This document shows, one piece after another, positions 18,680 through 30,147 of a stretch of 64,000 bases of DNA (position 1 is its first letter; each line of letters opens with the position of its first letter). Under the pieces are notes generated by a model. The model did not search any database. It was not told the DNA's origin and saw nothing but the letters and a program-made list of their open reading frames with translations. This DNA is from an uncultured Bacteroidales bacterium (lineage in GTDB: Bacteria > Bacteroidota > Bacteroidia > Bacteroidales > CAYRRV01), in contig CAYRRV010000001.1 of the NCBI GenBank assembly GCA_964426725.1, positions 212,538 through 276,537 of the forward strand, written 5' to 3'. Both the position numbers and the translations under genes were made by a program.

Positions 18680-20515
18680 ATGTGTGGTATTGTTGGATAT
18701 ATTGGCAACAGGGATGCATACCCTATATTAATTAACGGTCTTAAAAGGCTCGAGTACCGGGGATACGATTCTGCCGGGGTTTCAATATTTAATGGTATTC
18801 CCCGCACCTACAAGAAAAAGGGGAAAGTGAGTGATTTAGAATCATTTGCTTCTAAAGAAGATATTTCAGGCAAGCTTGGAATAGGTCATACGCGTTGGGC
18901 TACACATGGTGAACCCAATGATGTAAATGCTCATCCTCACACTTCGATGAATGATACTTTTATAATTATTCATAACGGGATTATTGAGAATTACTCTCTT
19001 CTGAAAAAGAAATTAATTGACAGGGGATACAAGTTCAAAACGGATACGGATACAGAGGTTCTTGCCAATCTGATAGAATACATATATATAAAAGGAAAGG
19101 TCACTGCCGAAATTGCTGTCAGGCTGGCTCTCACTAAGGTTATTGGTGCATATGGACTTGTTGTTATTTGCAAGGATGAACCGGATAAGCTGATCGCGGC
19201 AAGAAAAAGTAGTCCTCTTGTTGTTGGCGTGGGGGAGGGAGAATATTTTATTGCTTCTGATGCTACCCCTATTGTTGAACATACCAAGAGCGTGATTTAT
19301 CTGAATGATAATGATGTGGCAATTATTAAAAAGGGAGAACTGATTCTTAAAACACTTAAGAATGACAAATTAACTCCCAAGGTACACAAGCTTGATTTAG
19401 ATATTGGTGAGATAGACAAGGGCGGGTATGAACATTTCATGCTCAAGGAAATATTCGAACAACCCCGATCCATATTGGATACTTTCAGGGGAAGAATTGC
19501 ATTGGATAATTCGGAGATCAAGCTCGGGGGGCTCTATTCCGTGCTGAACAAGTTAGTCGAGGCTAAAAGAATTATAATTATCGGGTGTGGTACTTCCTGG
19601 CATGCCGGTCTCGTTGGCGAGTATCTTTTTGAAGAATATGCAAGAATGCCTGTAGAGGTTGAATACGCTTCCGAGTTCAGGTACCGGAATCCAATTATTT
19701 ACGAGGGAGACGTGGTAATAGCTATTAGCCAGAGTGGTGAAACCGCGGACACTCTTGCTGCCATTAAAATGGCAAAAGAAGCCGGGGCCATGGTTCTGGG
19801 AATTTGTAATGTAGTGGGATCTTCTATTCCTCGCGAAACCCATGCAGGTGTATATACCCACGCTGGTCCTGAAATAGGGGTTGCTTCAACAAAAGCATTT
19901 ACTGCCCAGGTTACCGTGCTTGCCATGATGGCTTTTCTTATTGGTAGAGACAGGAAAGTGCTTAGTGATGAAACGTATAGCGAATTGATCGAAGAACTCA
20001 CGCTGGTACCTGATAAAATCGGGAAGATATTATCTTATAATGACGACTATCTCAAACTTGCTGAATTATACCGGGATGCTACTAACTTTTTATATCTTGG
20101 GCGAGGCTTTCTTTTCCCTGTCGCACTCGAGGGAGCTCTTAAATTGAAGGAAATATCTTACATCCATGCTGAAGGGTACCCTGCTGCCGAGATGAAACAC
20201 GGGCCGATTGCTCTTATTGATCAAAACATGCCCGTTGTATTCATTGCTACCCATGATAAATCATACGAAAAAATTGTGTCCAATATTCAGGAAGTGAAAG
20301 CGCGGAGCGGGATCGTTATTGCCGTTGTTACCGATGGAGATTCGGTTATTAAAAATATGGCAGATCATGTTATTGAGATTCCTCCCTCGCACGAGGCCGT
20401 TGCTGCATTATTGACTGTAATTCCATTGCAGCTTCTTTCATATCATATTGCTGTTTTGCGCGGATGCAATGTAGATCAACCGCGAAATCTTGCAAAATCG
20501 GTGACCGTTGAATAA
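18680..20515 (+). CDS. glmS: Glutamine--fructose-6-phosphate aminotransferase
   Basis: MCGIVGY N-terminal nucleophile. Two SIS domains. C-terminal NLAKSVTVE. Confidence 0.97.
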   Translation: MCGIVGYIGNRDAYPILINGLKRLEYRGYDSAGVSIFNGIPRTYKKKGKVSDLESFASKEDISGKLGIGHTRWATHGEPNDVNAHPHTSMNDTFIIIHNGIIENYSLLKKKLIDRGYKFKTDTDTEVLANLIEYIYIKGKVTAEIAVRLALTKVIGAYGLVVICKDEPDKLIAARKSSPLVVGVGEGEYFIASDATPIVEHTKSVIYLNDNDVAIIKKGELILKTLKNDKLTPKVHKLDLDIGEIDKGGYEHFMLKEIFEQPRSILDTFRGRIALDNSEIKLGGLYSVLNKLVEAKRIIIIGCGTSWHAGLVGEYLFEEYARMPVEVEYASEFRYRNPIIYEGDVVIAISQSGETADTLAAIKMAKEAGAMVLGICNVVGSSIPRETHAGVYTHAGPEIGVASTKAFTAQVTVLAMMAFLIGRDRKVLSDETYSELIEELTLVPDKIGKILSYNDDYLKLAELYRDATNFLYLGRGFLFPVALEGALKLKEISYIHAEGYPAAEMKHGPIALIDQNMPVVFIATHDKSYEKIVSNIQEVKARSGIVIAVVTDGDSVIKNMADHVIEIPPSHEAVAALLTVIPLQLLSYHIAVLRGCNVDQPRNLAKSVTVE

Positions 20516-20532
20516 AGAAAATAAAAACAGAT

Positions 20533-20572
20533 AAAAAAAAACCTGCTGATTCAGTTCAGCAGGTTTTTTTTT
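20533..20572. terminator. Bidirectional rho-independent terminator between glmS and rfbB
   Basis: A9-AACCTGCTGA-TTCAGT-TCAGCAGGTT-T9: a 10-bp stem flanked by an A-run and a T-run. The T-run touches the rfbB stop codon (20571-20573). Confidence 0.75.
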
Positions 20573-21629
20573 ATCGTTTCAGGTATTGTTTCTCGTAATA
20601 CTTTTCATATTCCCCTGTTAAGATTCTTTTCATCCATGATTCGTTGGAAAGATACCAATCTACTGTTTTTTCAAGTCCTTCTTCAAAGGTCAGGGTAGGC
20701 TGCCAATTTAATTCTTTTTTGATTTTCGTGTTATCTATAGCGTATCTTAAATCATGACCGGCACGGTCTTTAACGAATGTAATTAATTCTTCCGAGGAGC
20801 CAGGGGGCCTGTCCAGTTTTATATCCATTATCTTGCACAACAACCGGATTAAATCAATATTCTTCCATTCATTGTTGCCACCGATATTATAAGTTTCCCC
20901 GATTTGTCCCTCGTGGTAGATGAGATCAATAGCTCTTGCATGATCTTCCACGTATAGCCAGTCTCTTACATTTTCGCCTTTACCATAAACAGGAATCGTT
21001 TTATTGTTCCTGATATTGTTTATAGCAAGTGGTATCAATTTCTCGGGGAACTGGTTGGGTCCGTAATTATTGGAACAATTTGAAATGACAACAGGCAGTC
21101 CAAAAGTATGATAATAAGCACGAACCAGGTGATCTGAGCTAGCCTTTGAAGCCGAGTAAGGGCTTCTTGGTGAATAGGGTGTTGTTTCGGTAAAAAATCC
21201 ATCGTCACCGAGACTACCATAAACCTCATCAGTAGAGATATGATAAAAAAGTTTTCCTTTATACTGATCTTTCCAGGCATCCATTGCTGCCATTAGCAGA
21301 TTTACTGTACCCACGATATTGGTGTTAATAAAATCCATGGGTGCAGTGATGGAACGGTCAACATGCGATTCTGCTGCCAGGTGAATTATTCCATCAATTT
21401 TGAACCTGGAGAAGAGTTGCTGGATAAATGGCTTATCGGTAATATCGCCTTTTACAAAATGATAATTTTTTTTTGATTGTAAATCATTCAGGTTATCCAG
21501 GTTACCGGCATAGGTAAGATTATCCAGATTAAATATTTGATAATCAGGATATTTGTTAACCAATAAGCGCACCACGTGAGAACCGATAAACCCGGCTCCC
21601 CCGGTGACCAATAATGTTTTTTCACTCAT
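20571..21629 (-). CDS. rfbB: dTDP-glucose 4,6-dehydratase
   Basis: TGGAGFIGS. YSASKASSDHL (YxxxK). 352 aa with typical RfbB length and termini. Confidence 0.92.
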   Translation of the reverse strand: MSEKTLLVTGGAGFIGSHVVRLLVNKYPDYQIFNLDNLTYAGNLDNLNDLQSKKNYHFVKGDITDKPFIQQLFSRFKIDGIIHLAAESHVDRSITAPMDFINTNIVGTVNLLMAAMDAWKDQYKGKLFYHISTDEVYGSLGDDGFFTETTPYSPRSPYSASKASSDHLVRAYYHTFGLPVVISNCSNNYGPNQFPEKLIPLAINNIRNNKTIPVYGKGENVRDWLYVEDHARAIDLIYHEGQIGETYNIGGNNEWKNIDLIRLLCKIMDIKLDRPPGSSEELITFVKDRAGHDLRYAIDNTKIKKELNWQPTLTFEEGLEKTVDWYLSNESWMKRILTGEYEKYYEKQYLKR

Positions 21630-21635
21630 TATATA

Positions 21636-22670
21636 TTAATTTTTGATTGAATTCCTGTATTTTTTTTCCCATTCCCAGGCCGAACGAAGGGTTTCTTCGA
21701 GAGAAATTTTAGCCTTCCATCCCAGCACTTCATTCGCGAGAGATGTATCCGCGTATACTTTTTCAACATCACCTGTTCTTCGACCAGTTATCTTGTATTT
21801 GAGTTTAACTCCTGTTGCAGATTCAAAGGTTTTAATAATTTCCAGAACCGTATGACCATTTCCGGTACCCAGGTTAAAAACTTCAAAGGATGAAATGTTA
21901 TTGTTTTCCAGGAGTCTATTTATCGCGACCACGTGGGCCCTGGCAAGGTCTACAACATTAATGTAATCCCTGATTGGCGTGCCATCTGGCGTATTGTAAT
22001 CACTTCCGAATACGCGTAGTTCATCCCTCAATCCAATTGCTGTTTGCGTGATGTAGGGTACCAGGTTATCGGGAACGCCAAGAGGCAATTCCCCGATACG
22101 TGCCGATGGATGGGCTCCAATAGGATTGAAATACCTCAGTGAAATGCAGGATAGTTTCTCATTTGCTTTTATGGTATCCTGAATAATTTCTTCACAAATT
22201 TGCTTGGTATTGCCATACGGGCTGTTGGCCTTTTTAATGGGTGCTTCTTCTGTAACGGGTAATTCATCGGGCTCTCCATATACAGTGCAGGAACTCGAGA
22301 AAACCATGATAGGAACATCATGATTTGTCATCCCTTCCAGGAGATTCATCAGTGAGTTAAGATTATTATAATAATAGTGCAAAGGTTTTTGCACGGATTC
22401 TCCCACAGCCTTACTCGCGGCGAAATGGATTATCGCAGAAAGTTTATTATACCGTTTAAAAAATTCCTTTACTTTTTCCTGGTTGGTGAGATCGAATTGT
22501 TCGAATAAAGGTCTTTTCCCGGTAATACTTTCTATTCCATCCAGTACTTCTATTCTCGAATTAGAGAGATTATCAATGATCACCACTTCATAGCCCTCGT
22601 TCATAAGTTCGACCACAGTATGAGAACCGATATAGCCAGTTCCGCCTGTTACAAGAATTAGATTATTCAT
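21636..22670 (-). CDS. galE: UDP-glucose 4-epimerase
   Basis: TGGTGYIGSH. SPYGNTKQICE (YxxxK). 344 aa. Confidence 0.9.
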   Translation of the reverse strand: MNNLILVTGGTGYIGSHTVVELMNEGYEVVIIDNLSNSRIEVLDGIESITGKRPLFEQFDLTNQEKVKEFFKRYNKLSAIIHFAASKAVGESVQKPLHYYYNNLNSLMNLLEGMTNHDVPIMVFSSSCTVYGEPDELPVTEEAPIKKANSPYGNTKQICEEIIQDTIKANEKLSCISLRYFNPIGAHPSARIGELPLGVPDNLVPYITQTAIGLRDELRVFGSDYNTPDGTPIRDYINVVDLARAHVVAINRLLENNNISSFEVFNLGTGNGHTVLEIIKTFESATGVKLKYKITGRRTGDVEKVYADTSLANEVLGWKAKISLEETLRSAWEWEKKYRNSIKN

Positions 22671-22700
22671 GGGATAATATTTTCTTCATTTGTATATATG

Positions 22701-23990
22701 TTATAAACTCCAGTAAGTCATTTTGGTTATTTTATCCCTGAAAATTCCTTTAATATCTACAAAAACGGGATTATCATTCATTAATGACAAGAAATAGGAT
22801 TCATCAAGTACTGCATATTCACGATGATTTACAGCAAGGATTACAACATCGTAGTTATTCCCGGGTTTGTCGGAGAGCCTGAAGCCATATTCTTCTTCTA
22901 TTTCTTCCGCGGATGCATGAGGATCAACAACATCTACTTCAACGCCAAAGGATTTAAGCTCCCTAATCACGTCAATTACTTTTGAATTACGAATATCGCT
23001 CACGTTTTCTTTAAAAGTTGCCCCCATCACGAGTGCTTTTGCCCCGTTGATATTTTTCCCGGCCGCGATAATTTTTTTCACGGTTTGTTTGGCCACGTAG
23101 CCACCCATGGAGTCGTTGATAAACCTTCCTGCATTAATTATTTGCGCGTGGTATCCAAGTTTTTTTGCTTTATAGGTAAGATAATATGGGTCTACCCCGA
23201 TGCAATGTCCACCCACTAGGCCAGGGAAAAATTTCAGGAAATTCCATTTTGTTCCGGCGGCTTCCAATACTTCATAGGTATTGATGTTCATTTTATTGAA
23301 AATGATGGAAAGTTCGTTCATAAAAGCGATATTAATATCTCTTTGGGTATTTTCTATGATTTTGGCAGCTTCAGCTACCTTAATAGAACTGGCCTGGTGT
23401 ATTCCGGCTTCAATTACCATTTTGTATACCTTTACTATATTCTCCGATGATTCTTCATCGCAGCCTGCAGTTACCTTAACAATTCTGGTAAGCGTGTGTT
23501 CCTTATCTCCCGGATTTATGCGTTCCGGGGAGTATCCTACTTTAAAGTCTTTCTTAAATTTTAACCCGGAAAATTTTTCAAGCACTGGCACGCAATCTTC
23601 TTCAGTACAACCCGGGTATACAGTTGATTCATAAACAACATAGTCTCCTTTTTTCAAAACTTTACCCACGGTTTCAGAAGCCATGAGGACCGGGTTTAGA
23701 TCCGGCATGTTGTAATTATCAATGGGTGTTGGAACGGCAACGATATAAAACCTGGCCTCTTTAAGATCTTCAACCGATGAAGTAAACTTAATATCACATC
23801 CTTCAAAGGCAGATGAATTCAGTTCTTTGCTGGGATCAATTTTGTTTTTCATCATCTTGATCCGTTCTTCCTTAATATCAAATCCAATAACAGATGCCTT
23901 TCTTGCAAATTCAAGGGCAATGGGTAATCCCACGTATCCTAACCCAACGAGGGCTATCTTTGCTTTTTTTTCAATTATTTCCTGATACAT
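22701..23990 (-). CDS. Nucleotide-sugar 6-dehydrogenase (UDP-GlcNAc dehydrogenase WbpA-like)
   Basis: N-terminal Rossmann motif VGLGYVGLP. Catalytic GGHCIGVDPYY. 429 aa. The WbpA-like assignment rests on the neighbouring WbpB/D/E-like genes. Confidence 0.8.
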   Translation of the reverse strand: MYQEIIEKKAKIALVGLGYVGLPIALEFARKASVIGFDIKEERIKMMKNKIDPSKELNSSAFEGCDIKFTSSVEDLKEARFYIVAVPTPIDNYNMPDLNPVLMASETVGKVLKKGDYVVYESTVYPGCTEEDCVPVLEKFSGLKFKKDFKVGYSPERINPGDKEHTLTRIVKVTAGCDEESSENIVKVYKMVIEAGIHQASSIKVAEAAKIIENTQRDINIAFMNELSIIFNKMNINTYEVLEAAGTKWNFLKFFPGLVGGHCIGVDPYYLTYKAKKLGYHAQIINAGRFINDSMGGYVAKQTVKKIIAAGKNINGAKALVMGATFKENVSDIRNSKVIDVIRELKSFGVEVDVVDPHASAEEIEEEYGFRLSDKPGNNYDVVILAVNHREYAVLDESYFLSLMNDNPVFVDIKGIFRDKITKMTYWSL

Positions 23991-24010
23991 TTTATCTGAT
24001 TATTTTTCAT

Positions 24011-24985
<975 letters not shown>

Positions 24986-25561
24986 TTATAGTTTATTAAC
25001 CATATTGTTTTCAAGTTTATATTTTTCTTTGCTTTCTGGGCAAATTGCAATTCCATCCTGATCAAAAACAAGCTGGTGACCGAATTCACTCATCCAACCT
25101 TTTTGTATAGCCGGGTTCCCAACCACGAGGGCATAGGGTTTCACATTTTTGGTAACCACGGCACCGGCCCCGATAAAGGCATATTCACCAATATCATGAC
25201 CACACACGATAGTGGCATTCGCACCTATGGAAGCTCCTTTTTTTACAATTGTTTTAACATATTGTTCCTTTCTTACCACGGCGCTCCGGGGATTCACGAT
25301 ATTTGTAAAAACCATGGAGGGTCCCAGAAACACATCATCCTCGCAAATAACGCCCGTGTAAATGGAAACATTATTTTGAACTTTCACGTTTTTTCCCAGG
25401 ATTACTCCCGGGGATACTACCACGTTTTGTCCAATGTTGCAATTTTCCCCGATAGTGCTATCCTGCATAACGTGAGAAAAGTGCCATATTTTGGTTCCTT
25501 TCCCAATCGAGCAGCCCTCATCTATTACAGCGGTCTCGTGAGCGAAATAATCATTTTTCAT
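24986..25561 (-). CDS. Hexapeptide-repeat N-acetyltransferase, WbpD-like
   Basis: Left-handed beta-helix repeats. [14 protein letters not shown] motif as in WbpD-type 3-amino-sugar acetyltransferases. Start overlaps the upstream stop by 1 nt. Confidence 0.75.
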   Translation of the reverse strand: MKNDYFAHETAVIDEGCSIGKGTKIWHFSHVMQDSTIGENCNIGQNVVVSPGVILGKNVKVQNNVSIYTGVICEDDVFLGPSMVFTNIVNPRSAVVRKEQYVKTIVKKGASIGANATIVCGHDIGEYAFIGAGAVVTKNVKPYALVVGNPAIQKGWMSEFGHQLVFDQDGIAICPESKEKYKLENNMVNKL

Positions 25562-26691
25562 CAGGCAAAGTAAGATTTAACAGATTCTACAATGTATTTT
25601 AGTTGATTTTCATCAAGTTCTGTATGCATGGGTAATGACAAAACTGTCTTGCAAAGACCTTCTGTGACCGGAAAGTCTCCTTCCCTGTACCCAAGGTATC
25701 GATAACCATTCTGCAAGTGAAGTGGTACGGGGTAATATATCATGGAAGGTATATTTTTTTCCTGTAAATAATTTTTAAGACCATCTCTTTTGCCATTTTT
25801 GATTTTTATGGTATATTGATGAAAAATATGCGTGGAAAATTCTGAACGGGCTGGAATCGAAATTTCATCTATTTCTCCGAGATGTTTATCATAGTAATCA
25901 GCTGCTTTTCTTCTGGCCGAATTATATTGATCAAGATATTTTAGTTTCACGTTAAGTATTGCTGCCTGTATCGTGTCGAGCCTGGAATTCACACCAATAT
26001 CATCATGGTAATATTTTATTTTGGAACCATGGTTTACCACAGATGATATTTTTTCTGCAAGATTGTCATCACGGGTAAAAATCGCGCCCCCGTCACCAAA
26101 ACAACCTAAATTCTTGGAAGGGAAAAAAGAGGTACAGCCTATATGTCCGAGGGTACCTGATTTTAAAGATTCCCCGTTTTTAAACGTGTATATTGATCCT
26201 AAGGATTGGGCCGCATCTTCTATTATGAAAAGATTTTTTACTGCTGCTAATTCAAGTAAATCCTCCATGGGAGCACATTGACCAAAAAGATGCACGGGAA
26301 CAATTGCCTTAGTTTTGCTCGTGATGGCTCTTTTTACTTGATCAACATCAAGATTGAACGTTTCGGGATCAACATCCACGAGAACGAGTTTTAGTCCCAG
26401 GAGTGCAATTACCTCAACCGTGGCGATAAAGGTAAAATCTGAAGTGATGACTTCGTCTCCTGGCTTAAGATTCAGGCTCATCATGGCCACTTGTAAGGCA
26501 TCGGTACCGTTGGCACAAGGAATCACGTGTTTACAATCCATGTAACGGGCAAGGTTTCCCGTGAAAGTTTTTACTTCTGGACCATTGATGAAAGAACTAT
26601 TATCAATTATATTATGAATGGATGTATCTATTTCTTTTTTTACTTTCAAATACTGGGTTTTTAAATCAACCATTCTTATATTGTTCGTCAT
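25561..26691 (-). CDS. DegT/DnrJ/EryC1/StrS aminotransferase, WbpE-like
   Basis: [15 protein letters not shown]. The [14 protein letters not shown] segment holds the PLP lysine region. 376 aa. First gene of the sugar operon. Confidence 0.8.
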   Translation of the reverse strand: MTNNIRMVDLKTQYLKVKKEIDTSIHNIIDNSSFINGPEVKTFTGNLARYMDCKHVIPCANGTDALQVAMMSLNLKPGDEVITSDFTFIATVEVIALLGLKLVLVDVDPETFNLDVDQVKRAITSKTKAIVPVHLFGQCAPMEDLLELAAVKNLFIIEDAAQSLGSIYTFKNGESLKSGTLGHIGCTSFFPSKNLGCFGDGGAIFTRDDNLAEKISSVVNHGSKIKYYHDDIGVNSRLDTIQAAILNVKLKYLDQYNSARRKAADYYDKHLGEIDEISIPARSEFSTHIFHQYTIKIKNGKRDGLKNYLQEKNIPSMIYYPVPLHLQNGYRYLGYREGDFPVTEGLCKTVLSLPMHTELDENQLKYIVESVKSYFA

Positions 26692-26756
26692 TTTATAAGT
26701 CTTTGATGTTGTTTATAACTTATCTTTACCTCTTGTATATATTTATTAATTTTGTA

Positions 26757-26764
26757 CGAACCAA
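26757..26764 (+). promoter_or_regulatory. Candidate -7 promoter box (TAnnTTTG)
   Basis: Exact TAATTTTG, 11 nt upstream of the ATG at 26775, which would give a very short leader. Confidence 0.3.
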
Positions 26765-26774
26765 CCATTAAACC

Positions 26775-27803
26775 ATGGAAATAGATATAACAAAAGAAAT
26801 TAAAGATCTTCTCTTTTATAATGAATTCGTTATTATACCCGGGTTCGGCACATTTATCACACGGTATGAAAGTGCCCGTGTTGATCCTGCAGCCAAAACT
26901 TTGAATCCACCAAAAAGAAATGTCGAATTTAAGAAAAATCTGTCACATGATGATGATTTATTAAGAAAACATATAGCGAAAACTTTAGATATTTCTGAAA
27001 AAAGTGCCGGAGAAATTATAAGTGAAATTGTCAGTGATTTAAGACAAAGACTTAACAAAGGGGAGGAGATCGTTTTTGAAGGACTGGGCGTGATTATTGA
27101 AGAACCGGGTGGGGAGTACGTGTTTAAAGCCGAGGAGGATATCAATCTGCTGGCCGATTCTTTTGGAATGGACAGCGTGAAACTATTTGAAATTGAAGAT
27201 AAAGAACCAGAGCAAGAGGAAGAAAAGCAAGAAGTGCCAGAGAAAAAACCTGTTATTACTTACGAAAAACCACAACAATATTATACACCCGCGGAAGCGC
27301 CTAATAAAAGTAAAAACTGGTTGATAATACTGGTCACTGCAGCAGTAGTTGTTCTTCTCGTGGCCCTTTTTATATTTACTGACTTTTATAGTACTGTTTA
27401 TAAAACGATTGACGATATTGTTACTTCAAAAAGCAATGAAGAAGTAATCGATTCTGCATTGCAAGAGTACCTGGAAACATACGGGATTGGGGCGGAGTTG
27501 TCGGGGAAGTCAAAAATGTCAGAAGCTCTTTCGCCTGCAGTTGATGAAAAGGCGGGACCGGTATACCAGGTTAAAGATACCACGTATTATCTTGTAGCAG
27601 GTAGTTTCAGGGATTTAATCAATGCTCGTAAACACATGTCTAATCTTGAAAAGAAAGGTTATCAACCAGAAATCATTTCCAGTGAAAACAGGTTCAGGGT
27701 AACACTCTATTCTTTTCAAGACAGGGAAAAAGCTTTCAATGAACTGGAACGTTTAAGAAATCAAAAAGACGGGAGCAATGTTTGGATACTTAAAAAAATT
27801 TAA
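26775..27803 (+). CDS. HU-like (HU-CCDC81 type) domain / TM / SPOR domain protein
   Basis: N-terminal FVIIPGFGTFITRYESARVD...PPKRNVEF is HU-like. An acidic linker is followed by one TM helix (WLIILVTAAVVVLLVALFIF). C-terminal SPOR-like YYLVAGSFRDLINARKHMSNLEKKGY...FRVTLYSF. Confidence 0.7.
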   Translation: MEIDITKEIKDLLFYNEFVIIPGFGTFITRYESARVDPAAKTLNPPKRNVEFKKNLSHDDDLLRKHIAKTLDISEKSAGEIISEIVSDLRQRLNKGEEIVFEGLGVIIEEPGGEYVFKAEEDINLLADSFGMDSVKLFEIEDKEPEQEEEKQEVPEKKPVITYEKPQQYYTPAEAPNKSKNWLIILVTAAVVVLLVALFIFTDFYSTVYKTIDDIVTSKSNEEVIDSALQEYLETYGIGAELSGKSKMSEALSPAVDEKAGPVYQVKDTTYYLVAGSFRDLINARKHMSNLEKKGYQPEIISSENRFRVTLYSFQDREKAFNELERLRNQKDGSNVWILKKI

Positions 27804-27997
27804 CCGGGAATATTAATTGGTTATTTGGTCATCATGTCCGATATATTCCTGAAATAATAATATTTTTATAAGGTATTCACGAGATCGCCTCGCTAAGTTC
27901 TTCGTTTTGCTCGTGTTTAAAACTGTCATCCCGGGATGCATCGGGAATGCTTAATTTTAAGCACTTCTCGGGCTTCAATCTCGAACATTGACAAATG

Positions 27998-30034
27998 CTA
28001 TTTAATCAAAGCACCATTCATTATTTTTTCAACAGGTGCCACGAACTCAAGTTTTCCATCTTTATCTTCTGCCATAAGTATCATCCCATGAGAGGTAATT
28101 CCCCTGATTTTCCGGGGTGCCAGGTTCATAAGAATACATACCTGTTTCCCGGTAATATCATCGGGTTTAAAAAACTCCGCGATTCCCGAAACTACAATTC
28201 TTTTATCCAGCCCGGTATCAATTTCAAGTTTCATCAGCTTTTTTGTTTTTGGCACTATTTCCGCGTGGAGAATGGAGCCAACGCGGATATCGAGTTTAGA
28301 GAAATGCTCGAATGAAATCTCTTCTTTTCGCGGCAGATGCGTGTATTCTACGGATTCATTAATTTCCCTGGCAGCTATTAATTTATTAACTTGATTTTCA
28401 ATGGCATCATCTTCAATTTTTTCGAAAAGTAATTTAGGTTGGTTAATTACATGACCTTCTTTCAGGAGATTTGTATCACGGGCAAACTTCCAGGGGATTT
28501 TATCCAAATTAAGAAAATCTCTTAGTTTAATACACGTGAAAGGTAAAAATGGTTCAAGGATAATACTTAAGCCGGCAGTAATTTGCAGGGAAAGATTGAG
28601 GATGGTTTTGACTCTTTCCTCGTTTGTTTTTATTAGCTTCCAGGGCTCGGTATCAGCCAGGTATTTGTTACCAAGTCTTGCAAGGTTCATGGCCTCTTTT
28701 AAAGCCTCCCGGAACCTGAAATGTTCAAGGTTCTCTTCGAGAGATTCAACTATTTTTGGAATTTCATCTATGACAGCCTTATCTTGTGGGGTAATTTCAT
28801 TAACCGGGGGCACTTTTCCATCAAAATATTTTTGCGTGAGAACAAGAGCCCTGTTCACGAAATTACCAAGAATGGCAACTAACTCGTTATTGTTCCTGTT
28901 TTGAAAATCTTTCCAGGTGAAGTCATTGTCTTTTGTCTCGGGCATATTGGCACATAAAACATAACGCAACACGTCCTGTTTGTCTTTAAAATCTTCCAGG
29001 TACTCGTGCAGCCATACCGCCCAGTTTCTTGAAGTAGAAATTTTGTTATTTTCAAGATTCAGGAATTCATTGGCAGGAACGTTATCCGGCAGGATATAAC
29101 TGCCCTCTGCCCTGAGCATGGACGGGAATATTATACAGTGAAATACAATGTTGTCTTTCCCGATAAAATGTATCAACCGGGTATCTTCATTTTTCCAGTA
29201 TTTTTCCCAATCGGGAGTGAGTTCACGTGTTGCTGATATATAGCCAATAGGTGCATCAAACCAAACATATAAAACTTTTCCTTCCGCGTTTTCTACAGGA
29301 ACGGGTATGCCCCAATCCAGATCGCGGCTTACCGCCCTGGGTTGGAGGCCCTGATCGAGCCAGGATTTGCATTGCCCGTAAACATTAGATTTCCATTCCT
29401 TATGACCATCAATAATCCATTTCTTCAGGAAGTCCTCGTACTTGTCGAGTGGCAGGTACCAGTGTTTCGTTTCTTTCAAGACAGGTTTAGTGCCACTTAT
29501 CATTGATTTTGGCTGAATTAGTTCAGTGGGGCTTAGTGAAGTACCACAACTTTCACACTGATCACCATAAGCATTTTCATTGGAACAATGAGGGCATGTT
29601 CCTGTTATATAACGATCTGCAAGGAATTGATTGGCTTCTTCATCAAAATATTGTTTCGTGGTTTTTTCAAGAAATTCTCCCTTGTCATATAGTTTTCTGA
29701 AAAAGTCAGAAGCTGTCTCGTGATGTGTTTTATTGCTGGTTCTGGAATAAATGTCAAATGAAATACCCAGTTTTTCAAAAGATGCTTTATTCAGGAAGTG
29801 ATATTGATCAACGATTTCCTTTGGTGATACACCTTGTTGGCGTGCCTTGATAGTAATGGGAACACCGTGTTCATCTGAACCACAAATAAACAAGATATCT
29901 TTTTCTTTTAACCGCTGAAATCTTACATAAATATCCGCGGGAATGTACACTCCAGCCAGGTGACCAATATGAACCGGGCCATTCGCGTAAGGAAGCGCGG
30001 CTGTAACCGTATACCTTTTGTAATCTTTACTCAT
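27998..30034 (-). CDS. metG: Methionine--tRNA ligase with C-terminal tRNA-binding domain
   Basis: [13 protein letters not shown] (HIGH). Zn knuckle CPHC...CESCG. KISTSR at the position of the KMSKS motif. Trbp111-like C-terminus. Confidence 0.97.
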   Translation of the reverse strand: MSKDYKRYTVTAALPYANGPVHIGHLAGVYIPADIYVRFQRLKEKDILFICGSDEHGVPITIKARQQGVSPKEIVDQYHFLNKASFEKLGISFDIYSRTSNKTHHETASDFFRKLYDKGEFLEKTTKQYFDEEANQFLADRYITGTCPHCSNENAYGDQCESCGTSLSPTELIQPKSMISGTKPVLKETKHWYLPLDKYEDFLKKWIIDGHKEWKSNVYGQCKSWLDQGLQPRAVSRDLDWGIPVPVENAEGKVLYVWFDAPIGYISATRELTPDWEKYWKNEDTRLIHFIGKDNIVFHCIIFPSMLRAEGSYILPDNVPANEFLNLENNKISTSRNWAVWLHEYLEDFKDKQDVLRYVLCANMPETKDNDFTWKDFQNRNNNELVAILGNFVNRALVLTQKYFDGKVPPVNEITPQDKAVIDEIPKIVESLEENLEHFRFREALKEAMNLARLGNKYLADTEPWKLIKTNEERVKTILNLSLQITAGLSIILEPFLPFTCIKLRDFLNLDKIPWKFARDTNLLKEGHVINQPKLLFEKIEDDAIENQVNKLIAAREINESVEYTHLPRKEEISFEHFSKLDIRVGSILHAEIVPKTKKLMKLEIDTGLDKRIVVSGIAEFFKPDDITGKQVCILMNLAPRKIRGITSHGMILMAEDKDGKLEFVAPVEKIMNGALIK

Positions 30035-30147
30035 AATAAAATCTCCAGAAATTCTACTTCAAATTTATATAATCCGCCCTGCTTTCGTTGAGATTTTGGC
30101 GAAAATGATTAAATTGACAAAATTAATTAAGAAATATGATTTAAAGA

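Noticed and set aside
25076-25573. 165-aa plus-strand ORF
   Set aside because: It lies antisense inside the WbpD-like hexapeptide acetyltransferase gene. The repetitive codon structure of beta-helix genes often keeps the opposite strand open. It has no recognisable motifs.
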